Shown piece after piece: positions 1 through 12,209 of a stretch of 64,000 nt of DNA. This DNA comes from Azolla caroliniana (lineage: Eukaryota; Plantae; Polypodiophyta). The position numbers and the translations under genes were made by a program. The DNA is taken from assembly GCA_043228905.1 (NCBI GenBank), contig JBHGNT010000023.1, positions 372,001 through 436,000 on the forward strand. The letters are read 5' to 3'. Within the stretch, counting starts at the first letter, position 1. Each line of letters opens with the position of its first letter. Under the pieces are notes generated by a model, which saw only the letters and a program-made list of their open reading frames with translations, did not search any database and was not told where the DNA came from.

Positions 1-3000
1 TGATATGAAATGAAAAAATAAAGATTTTGAAACTCAGGTCGAGAGCGCGTGAGTAAATTAAAATGTTCATAGCTGGCTCGTGTGATATCGGATTTTTGTG
101 TTCAAACATGCGAATCGAAGCTAACAACACTTGCTATGATATGGAATTAAAAAATCAAGATTTTGAAACTCAGGTCGAGAGACATGAAGAAATTAGTAAA
201 TTAGAGGAGGGGCTTGAGAAGAGCGCGTGAGTAATTAAAATGTTCATAGCTGGCTCGTGTGATCCCGGATTTTTATGTTCAAAGATGCGAATCGAAGCTA
301 ACAACACTACGTATGATATGGAATGAAAAAATCAAGATTTTGAAACTCAGGTCGAGAGACATGAAGAAATTAGTAAATTAGGGGAGGGAGTTGATAAGAG
401 CGCGTGAGTAAATTAAAATGTTCATACCTGGCTCGTGTGATCCCGGGATTTTGTGTTCAAAGATGCGAATCGAAGCTAACAACACTAGCTATGATATGGA
501 ATTAAAAAATTAAGATTTTGAAACTCAGGTTGAGAGACATGAAGAAGTTAGTAAATTAGGGGAGGGTGTTGACAAGAGTGTGTGAGTAAATTAAAATATT
601 CATAGCTGGCTCGTGTGATATCGGATTTTAGTGTTCAGAGATGCCAATCAAAGCTAACAACATTAGGTGTAATATGGAATTAAAAAATCAAGATTTTGAA
701 ACTTGGGTCGAGAGACATGGAGAAATTAGTAAATTAGGGGAGGGAGTTGAGAAGAGCGCGTGAGTAAATTAAAATGTTCATAGCTGGTTCGTGTGATATC
801 GGATTTTAGTGTTCAAACATGCAAATCGAACTTAACAATACTAGCTACGATATGGAATTAAAAAATCAAGATTTTGAAACTCAGGTCGAGAGACATGAAG
901 AAATTAGTAAATTAGGGGAGGGTGTTGACAAGAGCGCGTGAGTAAATTAAAATATTCATACCTGGCTCGTGTGATCCCGGATTTTTGTGTTCAAAGATGC
1001 CAATCGAAGCTAACAACACTAGTTATGATATGGAATTAAAAAATCAAGATTTTGAAACTCAGGTCGAGAGACATGAAGAAATTAGTAAATTAGGGCAGGG
1101 AGTTGACAAGAGCGCGAGAGTAAATTAAAATGTTCATACCTGGCTCGTGTGATCCCGGAAATTTGTGTTCAAAGATGCGAATCGAAGCTAACAACACTAG
1201 TTATGATATGGAATTAAAAAATCAAGATTTTGAAACTCAGGTCGAGAGACATGAAGAAATTAGTAAATTAGGGGAGGGAGTTGACAAGAGCGCGAGAGTA
1301 AATTAAAATGTTCATAGCTGGCTCGTGTGATATCGGATTTTCGTGTTCATAGATGCGAATCGAAGCAAACAACACTACGTATGCTATGGAATGAAAAAAT
1401 CAAGATTTTGAAACTCAGGTCGAGAGACATGAAGAAATTAGTAAATTAGGGGAGGGAGTTGATAAGAGCGCGTGAGTAAATTAAAATGTTCATACATGCG
1501 AATCGAAGCTAACAACACTAACTATGATATGGAATTAAAAAATCAATATTTTGAAACTCAGGTCGAGATATGGAATTGAAAAATCAAGATTTTGAAACTT
1601 GGGTCGAGAGATATCAAGAAATTAGTAAATTACATGAGGGAGTTGAGAAGAGCGCGTGAGTAAATTAAAATGTTCATAGCTGGCTCGTGTGATATCGGAT
1701 TTTGGTGTTCAAACATGCGAATCGAAGCTAACAGCACTAGCTATGATATGGAATTAAAAAATCAAGATTTTGAAACTTGGGTCGAGAGACATCAAGAAAT
1801 TAGTAAATTACATGAGGGAGTTGAGAAGAGCGCGTGAGTAAATTAAAATGTTCATAGCTGGCTCCTGTGATATCGGATTTTAGTGTTCAAACATGCGAAT
1901 CGAAGCTAACAACACTAGCTATGATATGGAATTAAAAAATCAAGATTTTGAAACTTGGGTCGAGAGACATCAAGAAATTAGTAAATTACATGAGGGAGTT
2001 GAGAAGAGCGCGTGAGTAAATTAAAATGTTCATAGCTGGCTCGTGTGATATCGGATTTTAGTGTTCAAACATGCGAATCAAAGCTAACAACACTAGCTAT
2101 GATAAGGAATGAAAAAATCAAGATTTTGAAACTCAGGTCGAGAGACATGAAGATATTAGTAAATTAGAGGAGGGAGTTGAGAAGAGCGCGTGAGTAAATT
2201 AAAATGTTCATAGTTGGCTCGTGTGATCCCGAATTTTTATGTTCAAAGATGTGAATCGAAGCTAACAACACTACGTATGATATGGAATTAAAAAATCAAG
2301 ATTTTGAAACTCAGGTCGAGAGACATCAAGAAATTAGTAAATTAGAGGAGGGAGCTAAGAAGAGCGCGTCAGTAAATTAAAATGTTCATAGCTGGCTCGT
2401 GTGATATCGGATTTTAGTGTTCAAACATGCGAATCAAAGCTAACAACACTAGCTATGATAGGAAATGAAAAAATCAAGATTTTGAAACTCAGGTCGAGAG
2501 ACATGAAGATATTAGTAAATTAGAGGAGGGAGTTGAGAAGAGCGCGTGAGTAAATTAAAATGTTCATAGCTGGCTCGTGTGATCCCGGATTTTTATGTTC
2601 AAAAATGCCAATCGAAGCTAACAACACTAGCTATGATAAGGAATGAAAAAATCAAGATTTTGAAACTCAGGTCGAGAGACATGAATATATTAGTAAATTA
2701 GGAGAGGGAGTTGAGAAGAGCGCGTGAGTAAATTAAAATGTTCATAGCTGGCTCGTGTGATATCAGATTTTTGTGTTCAAACATGCGAATCAAGGCTAAG
2801 AACACTAGCTATGATAAGGAATGAAAAAATCAAGATTTTAAAACTCAGGTCGAGAGACATGAAGAAAGTAGTAAATTAGAGGAGGGTGTTGACGAGAGCG
2901 CGTGAGTAAATTAAAATGTTCATAGCTGGCTCGTGTGATATCGGATTTTAGTGTTCAAACATGCGAATCGAAGCTAACAACACTAACTATGATATGGAAT

Positions 3001-3599
3001 TAAAAAATCAAGATTTTGAAACTTGGGTCGAGAGACATCAAGAAATTAGTAAATTACATGAGGGAGTTGAGAAGAGCGCGTGAGTAAATTAAAATATTCA
3101 TACCTGGCTCGTGTGATCCCGGATTTTTGTGTTCAAAGATGCGAATCGAAGCTAACAACACTAGCTATGATATGGAATTAAAAAATCAAGATTTTGAAAC
3201 TCAGGTCGAGAGACATGAAGAAATTAGTAAATTAGAGGAGGGTATTGCAAGAGCGCGTGAGTAAATTAAAATGTTCATAGCTGGCTCTCTGTGATATCGG
3301 ATTTTTGTGTTCAGAGATGCGAAGCGAAGCTAACAACACTAACTATAATATGGAATTAAAAAATCAAGATTTTGAAACTCAGATCGACAGACATGAAGAT
3401 ATTAGTAAATTAGAGGAGGGAGTTGAGAAGAGCGCGTGAGTAAATTAAAATGTTCATAGCTGGCTCGTGTGATCCCGGATTTTTATGTTCAAAGATGCCA
3501 ATCGAAGCTAACAACACTAGCTATGATAAGGAATGAAAAAATCAAGATTTTGAAACTCAGGTCGAGAGACATGAATATATTAGTAAATTAGGGGAGGGA

Positions 3600-4920
3600 G
3601 TTGAGAAGAGCGCGTGAGTAAATTAAAATGTTCATAGCTGGTTCGTGTGATATCGGATTTTAGAGTTCAAACATGCAAATCGAACTTAACAATACTAGCT
3701 ACGATATGGAATTAAAAAATCAAGATTTTGAAACTCAGGTCGACAGACATGAAGAAATTAGTAAATTAGAGGAGGGTGTTGACAAGAGCGCGTGAGTAAA
3801 TTAAAATGTTCATACCTGGCTCGTGTGATATCGGATTTTAGTGTTCAAACATGCGAATCGAAGCTAACAACACTAGCTGTGATATGGAATTAAAAAATCA
3901 AGATTTTGAAACTTGGGTCGAGAGACATGAAGAAATTAGTAAATTAGAGGAGGGTGTTGCAAGAGCGCGTGAGTAAATTAAAATGTTCATACCTGGCTCG
4001 TGTGATCCCGGATTTTTGTGTTCAAAGATACCCATCGAAGCTAACGACACTAGCTAGGATATGGAATTAAAAAATCAAGATTTTGAAACTTGGGTCGAGA
4101 GACATGAAGAAATTAGTAAATTAGAGGGGGGAGCTAGGAAGAGCGCGTGAGTAAATTAAAATGTTCATAGCTGGTTCGTGTGATATCGGATTTCAGTGTT
4201 CAAACATGCAAATCGAAGTTAACAATACTAGCTACGATATGGAATTAAAAAATCAAGATTTTGAAACTCAGGTCGACTGACATGAAGAAATTAGTAAATT
4301 AGAGGAGGGTGTTGACAAGAGCGCGTGAGTAAATTAAAATGTTCATACCTGGCTCGTGTGATATCGAATTTAGTGTTCAAACATGCGAATCGAAGCTAAC
4401 AACACTAGCTGTGATATGGAATTAAAAAATCAAGATTTTGAAACTTGGGTCGAGAGACATGAAGAAATTAGTAAATTAGAGGAGGGTTTAGGGTTTAGGG
4501 TTTAGGGTTTAGGGTTTAGGAGTTGATAAGAGCGCGTGAGTAAATTAAAATGTTCATACCTGGCTCGTGTGATCCCGGATTTTTGTGTTCAAAGATACCC
4601 ATCGAAGCTAACAACACTAGCTAGGATATGGAATTAAAAAATCAAGATTTTGAAACTTGGGTCGAGAGACATGAAGAAATTAGTAAATTGGAGGAGGGAG
4701 CTAGGAAGAGCGCGTGAGTAAATTAAAATGTTCAAAGCTGGTTCGTGTGATATCGGATTTCAGTGTTCAAACATGCAAATCGAAGTTAACAATACTAGCT
4801 ACGATATGGAATTAAAAAATCAAGATTTTGAAACTCAGGTCGACAGACATGAAGAAATTAGTAAATTAGAGGAGGGTGTTGACAAGAGCGCGTGAGTAAA
4901 TTAAAATGTTCATAGCTGGC
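3600..4920 (+). repeat. Local 3-monomer higher-order repeat (about 2.5 copies)
   Basis: The diagnostic GGTTCGTG...ATGCAAATCGAA(C/G)TTAACAATAC monomer recurs at 3641, 4174 (+533) and 4741 (+567, including the 34-bp telomeric insert). Boundaries are approximate. Confidence 0.8.
4487..4520 (+). repeat. Interstitial plant telomeric repeat (TTTAGGG)4-TTTAGG inserted in a satellite monomer
   Basis: Reads ...AGAGGAGGG|TTTAGGGTTTAGGGTTTAGGGTTTAGGGTTTAGG|AGTTGATAAG..., which is 34 bp longer than a normal monomer. Confidence 0.97.
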
Positions 4921-7189
4921 TCGTGTGATATCGGATTATAGTGTTCAAACATGCGAATCGAAGCTAACAACACTAGCTGTGATATGGAATTAATAAATCA
5001 AGATTTTGAAACTCTGTTCGAGAGACATGAAGAAATTAGTAAAGTAGGGGAGGGAGTTGAGAAGAGCGCGTGAGTAAATTAAAATGTTCATAGCTGGCTC
5101 GTATGATCCCGGATTTTTGTGTTCAAACATGTGAATCGAAGCTAACAACACTAGCTAGGATATGGAATTAAAAAATCAAGATTTTGAAACTCAGGTCGAG
5201 AGATATGAAGAAATTAGTAAATTAGAGGAGGGAGTTGAGAAGAGCGCATGAGTAAATTAAAATGTTCATAGCTGGATCGTGTGATATCGGATATTACTGT
5301 TCAAAGCTGCCAATCGAAGCTAACAACACTAGCTATGATATGGAATTAAAAAATCGAGATTTTGAAACTTGGGTCGAGAGACATGAAGAAATTAGTAAAT
5401 TAGGAGAGGGAGTTGAGAAGAGCGCGTGAGTAAATTAAAATGTTCATAGCTGGCTCGTGTGATATCGGATTTTAGTGTTCAAACATGCGAATCGAAGGTA
5501 ACAACACTAGCTGTGATATGGAATTAAAAAATCAAGATTTTGAATCTCAGGTCGAGAGACATGAAGAAGTTAGTAAATTAGGGGAGGGAGTTGACAAGAG
5601 CGCGAGAGTAAATTAAAATGTTCATACCTGGCTCGTGTGATCCCGGATTTTTGTGTTCAAAGATGCAAATCGAAGCTAACAACACTAGCTATGATATGGA
5701 ATTAAAAAATCAAGATTTTGAAACTTGGGTCGAGAGACATGAAGAAATTAGTAAATTACATGAGGGAGTTGAGAAGAGCGCGTGAGTAAATTAAAATGTT
5801 CATAGCTGGCTCGTGTGATATCGGATTTTAGTGTTCAAACATGGGAATCGAAGCTAACAACACTAGCTGTGATATGGAATTTAAAAATCAAGATTTTGAA
5901 ACTCAGGTCGAGAGACATGAAGAAATTAGTAAAGTAGGGGAGGGAGTTGAGAAGAGCGCGTGAGTAAATTAAAATGTTCATAGCTGGCTCGTGTGATCCT
6001 GGATTTTTATGTTCAAAGATGCGAATCGAAGCTAACAACACTACGTATGATATGGAATGAAAAAATCAAGATTTTGAAACTCAGGTCGAGAGACATGAAG
6101 AAATTAGTAAATTAGAGGAGGGTGTTGCAAGAGCGCGTGAGTAAATTAAAATGTTCATAGCTGGCTCGTGTGATATCGGATTTTTGTGTTCAGAGATGCG
6201 AATCGAAGCTAACAACACTAGCTATGATATGGAATTAAAAAATCAAGATTTTGAAACTTGGGTCGAGAGACATGAAGAAATTAGTAAATTAGAGGAGGGT
6301 GTTCCAAGAGCGCGTGAGTAAATTAAAATGTTCATACCTGGCTCGTGTGATCCCGGATTTTTGTGTTCAAAGATACCCATCGAAGCTAACAACACTAGCT
6401 AGGATATGGAATTAAAAAATCAAGATTTTGAAACTTGGGTCGAGAGACATCAAGAAATTAGTAAATTACATGAGGGAGTTGAGAAGAGCGCGTGAGTAAA
6501 TTAAAATGTTCATACCTGGCTCGTGTGATATCGGATTTTTGTGTTCAAATATGCGAATCGAAGCTAACAACACTAGCTAGGATATGGAATTAAAAAATCA
6601 ATATTTTGAAACTTGGGTCGAGAGATATCAAGAAATTAGTAAATTACATGAGGGAGTTGAGAAGAGCGCGTGAGTAAATTAAAATGTTCATAGCTGGCTC
6701 GTGTGATATCGGATTTTAGTGTTCAAACATGAGAATCGAAGCTAACAATACTTGCTATGATATGGAATTAAAAAATCAAGATTTTGAAACTCAGGTCGAG
6801 AGACATGAAGAAATTAGTAAAGTAGGGGAGGGAGTTGAGAAGAGCGCGTGAGTAAATTAAAATGTTCATAGCTGGCTCGTGTGATATCGGATTTTAGTGT
6901 TCAAACATGCGAATCGAAGCTAACAACACTAACTATGATATGGAATTAAAAAATCAAGATTTTGAAACTTGGGTCGAGAGATATCAAGAAATTAGTAAAT
7001 TACATGAGGGAGTTGAGAAGAGCGCGTGAGTAAATTAAAATGTTCATAGCTGGCTCGTGTGATATCGGATTTTAGTGTTCAAACATGCGAATCGAAGCTA
7101 ACAACACTAGCTATGATATGGAATTAAAAAATCAAGATTTTGAAACTTGGGTCGAGAGACATCAAGAAATTAGTAAATTACATGAGGGA

Positions 7190-10100
7190 GTTGAGAAGAG
7201 CGCGTGAGTAAATTAAAATGTTCATAGCTGGCTCGTGTGATATCGGATTTTAGTGTTCAAACATGCTAATCAAAGCTAACAACACTAGCTATGATAAGGA
7301 ATGAAAAAATCAAGATTTTGAAACTCAGGTCGAGAGACATGAAGATATTAGTAAATTAGAGGAGGGAGTTGAGAAGAGCGCGTGAGTAAATTAAAATGTT
7401 CATAGCTGGCTCGTGTGATATCGGATTTTTGTGTTCAAACATGCGAATCAAAGCTAACAACACTAGCTATGATAAGGAATGAAAAAATCAAGATTTTGAA
7501 ACTCAGGTCGAGAGACATGAAGAAATTAGTAAATTAGAGGAGGGTGTTGACGAGAGCGCGTGAGTAAATTAAAATGTTCATAGCTGGCTCGTGTGATATC
7601 GGATTTTAGTGTTCAAACATGCGAATCGAAGCTAACAACACTAACTAGGATATGGAATTAAAATATCAAGATTTTGAAACTTGGTTCGAGAGACATCAAG
7701 AAATTAGTAAATTACATGAGGGAGTTGAGAAGAGCGCGTGAGTAAATTAAAATGTTCATACCTGGCTCGTGTGATCCCGGATTTTTGTGTTCAAAGATGC
7801 GAATCGAAGCTAACAAAACTAGCTATGATATGGAATTAAAAAATCAAGATTTTGAAACTGAGGTCGAGAGACATGAAGCAATTAGTAAATTAGAGGAGGG
7901 TGTTGACGAGAGCGCGTGAGTAAATTAAAATGTTCATAGCTGGCTCGTGTGATATCGGATTTTAGTGTTCAAACATGCGAATCGAAGCTAACAACACTAG
8001 CTAGGATATGGAATTAAAAAATAAAGATTTTGAAACTCAGGTCGACAGATATGAAGAAATTAGTAAATTAGGGGAGGGAGTTGAGAAGAGCGCGTGAAAC
8101 TTGGGTCGAGAGACATGAAGAAATTACTAAATTAGAGGAGGGAGCTAGGAAGAGCGCGTGAGTAAATTAAAATGTTCATACCTGGCTCGTGTGATCCCGG
8201 ATTTTTGTGTTCAAAGATGCGAATCGAAGCTAACAACACTAGCTATGATATGAAATGAAAAAATCAAGATTTTGAAACTCAGGTCGAGAGCGCGTGAGTA
8301 AATTAAAATGTTCATAGCTGGCTCGTGTGATATCGGATTTTTGTGTTCAAACATGTGAATCAAAGCTAACAACACTTGCTATGATATGGAATTAAAAAAT
8401 CAAGATTTTGAAACTCAGGTCGAGAGACATGAAGAAATTAGTAAATTACATGAGAGAGTTGAGAAGAGCGCGTGAGTAAATTAAAATGTTCATAGCTGGC
8501 TCGTGTGATATCGGATTTTAGTGTTCAAACATGCAAATCAAAGCTAACAACACTAGCTGTGATATGGAATTAAAAAATCAAGATTTTGAAACTTGGGTCG
8601 AGAGACATGAAGAAATTAGTAAATTAGAGGAGGGTGTTGCAAGAGCGCGTGAGTAAATTAAAATGTTCATACCTGGCTCGTGTGATCCCGGATTTTTGTG
8701 TTCAAAGATACCCATCGAAGCTAACAACACTAGCTAGGATATGGAATTAAAAAATCAAGATTTTGAAACTTGGGTCGAGAGACATGAAGAAATTAGTAAA
8801 TTATAGGAGGGAGTTGAGAAGAGCGCGTGAGTAAATTAAAATGTTCATAGCTGGCTCGTGTGATATCGGATTTTTGTGTTCAAACATGCGAATCGAAGCT
8901 AACAACACTAGCTATGATATGGAATTAAAAAATCAAGATTTTGAAACTTAGGTCGAGAGATATCAAGAAATTAGGAAATTAGGGGAGGGAGTTGATAAGA
9001 GCGCGTGAGTAAATTAAAATGTTCATACCTGGCTCGTGTGATCCTGGATTTTTGTGTTAAAAGATGCCAATCGAAGCTAACAATACTAGTTACGATATGG
9101 AATTAAAAAATCAAGATTTTGAAACTCAGGTCGAGAGACATGAAGAAATTAGTAAATTAGGGGAGGGAGTTGAGAAGAGCGCGTGAGTAAATTAAAATGT
9201 TCATAGCTGGCTCGTGTGATATCGGATTTTTGTGTTCAAACATGCGAATCGAAGCTAACAACACTTGCTATGATATGGAATTAAAAAATCAAGATTTTGA
9301 AACTCAGGTCGAGAGACATGAAGAAATTAGTAAAGTAGGGGAGGGAGTTGAGAAGAGCGCGTGAGTAAATTAAAATGTTCATAGCTGGCTCGTGTGATAT
9401 CGGATTTTAGTGTTCAAACATGCGAATCGAAGCTAACAACACTAACTATGATATGGAATTAAAAAATCGATATTTTGAAACTTGGGTCGAGAGATATCAA
9501 GAAATTAGTAAATTACATGAGGGAGTTGAGAAGAGCGCGTGAGTAAATTAAAATGTTCATAGCTGGCTCGTGTGATATCGGAATTTAGTGTTCAAACATG
9601 CGAATCGAAGCTAACAACACGAACTATGATATGGAATGAAAAAATCAAGATTTTGAAACTTGGGTCGAGAGATATCAAGAAATTAGTAAATTACATGAGG
9701 GAGTTGAGAAGAGCGCGTGAGTAAATTAAAATGTTCATAGCTGGCTCGTGTGATATCGGATTTTAGTGTTCAAACATGCTAATCAAAGCTAACAACACTA
9801 GCTATGATAAGGAATGAAAAAATGAAGATTTTGAAACTCAGGTCGAGAGACATGAAGATATTAGTAAATTAGAGGAGGGAGTTGAGAAGAGCGCGTGAGT
9901 AAATTAAAATGTTCATAGCTGGCTCGTGTGATATCGGATTTTTGTGTTCAAACATGCGAATCAAAGCTAACAACACTAGCTATGATAAGGAATGAAAAAA
10001 TCAAGATTTTGAAACTCAGGTCGAGAGACATGAAGAAATTAGTAAATTAGAGGAGGGTGTTGACGAGAGCGCGTGAGTAAATTAAAATGTTCATAGCTGG

Positions 10101-12209
10101 CTCGTGTGATATCGGATTTTAGTGTTCAAACATGCGAATCGAAGCTAACAACACTAACTAGGATATGGAATTAAAAAATCAAGATTTTGAAACTTGGTTC
10201 GAGAGACATCAAGAAATTAGTAAATTACATGAGGGAGTTGAGAAGAGCGCGTGAGTAAATTAAAATGTTCATACCTGGCTCGTGTGATCCCGGATTTTTG
10301 TGTTCAAAGATGCGAATCGAAGCTAACAAAACTAGCTATGATATGGAATTAAAAAATCAAGATTTTGAAACTGAGGTCGAGAGACATGAAGCAATTAGTA
10401 AATTAGAGGAGGGTGTTGACGAGAGCGCGTGAGTAAATTAAAATGTTCATAGCTGGCTCGTGTGATATCGGATTTTAGTGTTCAAACATGCGAATCGAAG
10501 CTAACAACACTAGCTAGGATATGGAATTAAAAAATAAAGATTTTGAAACTCAGGTCGACAGATATGAAGAAATTAGTAAATTAGGGGAGGGAGTTGAGAA
10601 GAGCGCGTGAAACTTGGGTCGAGAGACATGAAGAAATTACTAAATTAGAGGAGGGAGCTAGGAAGAGCGCGTGAGTAAATTAAAATGTTCATACCTGGCT
10701 CGTGTGATCCCGGATTTTTGTGTTCAAAGATGCGAATCGAAGCTAACAACACTAGCTATGATATGAAATGAAAAAATCAAGATTTTGAAACTCAGGTCGA
10801 GAGCGCGTGAGTAAATTAAAATGTTCATAGCTGGCTCGTGTGATATCGGATTTTTGTGTTCAAACATGTGAATCAAAGCTAACAACACTTGCTATGATAT
10901 GGAATTAAAAAATCAAGATTTTGAAACTCAGGTCGAGAGACATGAAGAAATTAGTAAATTACATGAGAGAGTTGAGAAGAGCGCGTGAGTAAATTAAAAT
11001 GTTCATAGCTGGCTCGTGTGATATCGGATTTTAGTGTTCAAACATGCAAATCAAAGCTAACAACACTAGCTGTGATATGGAATTAAAAAATCAAGATTTT
11101 GAAACTTGGGTCGAGAGACATGAAGAAATTAGTAAATTAGAGGAGGGTGTTGCAAGAGCGCGTGAGTAAATTAAAATGTTCATACCTGGCTCGTGTGATC
11201 CCGGATTTTTGTGTTCAAAGATACCCATCGAAGCTAACAACACTAGCTAGGATATGGAATTAAAAAATCAAGATTTTGAAACTTGGGTCGAGAGACATGA
11301 AGAAATTAGTAAATTATAGGAGGGAGTTGAGAAGAGCGCGTGAGTAAATTAAAATGTTCATAGCTGGCTCGTGTGATATCGGATTTTTGTGTTCAAACAT
11401 GCGAATCGAAGCTAACAACACTAGCTATGATATGGAATTAAAAAATCAAGATTTTGAAACTTAGGTCGAGAGATATCAAGAAATTAGGAAATTAGGGGAG
11501 GGAGTTGATAAGAGCGCGTGAGTAAATTAAAATGTTCATACCTGGCTCGTGTGATCCTGGATTTTTGTGTTAAAAGATGCCAATCGAAGCTAACAATACT
11601 AGTTACGATATGGAATTAAAAAATCAAGATTTTGAAACTCAGGTCGAGAGACATGAAGAAATTAGTAAATTAGGGGAGGGAGTTGAGAAGAGCGCGTGAG
11701 TAAATTAAAATGTTCATAGCTGGCTCGTGTGATATCGGATTTTTGTGTTCAAACATGCGAATCGAAGCTAACAACACTTGCTATGATATGGAATTAAAAA
11801 ATCAAGATTTTGAAACTCAGGTCGAGAGACATGAAGAAATTAGTAAAGTAGGGGAGGGAGTTGAGAAGAGCGCGTGAGTAAATTAAAATGTTCATAGCTG
11901 GCTCGTGTGATATCGGATTTTAGTGTTCAAACATGCGAATCGAAGCTAACAACACTAACTATGATATGGAATTAAAAAATCAATATTTTGAAACTTGGGT
12001 CGAGAGATATCAAGAAATTAGTAAATTACATGAGGGAGTTGAGAAGAGCGCGTGAGTAAATTAAAATGTTCATAGCTGGCTCGTGTGATATCGGAATTTA
12101 GTGTTCAAACATGCGAATCGAAGCTAACAACACGAACTATGATATGGAATGAAAAAATCAAGATTTTGAAACTTGGGTCGAGAGATATCAAGAAATTAGT
12201 AAATTACAT
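7190..12209 (+). repeat. Tandem duplication of a 2513-bp (15-monomer) unit
   Basis: Markers share a 2513 offset: 64-bp monomer junction 8097/10610, 42-bp deletion 8290/10803, ACATGCTAAT 7261/9774, CACGAACT at 9621/12134. 2513 = 15x178-114-42-1. Confidence 0.9.

Noticed and set aside
5835-6041. 68-aa minus-strand ORF
   Set aside because: It is a chance open frame in satellite sequence with no coding support.
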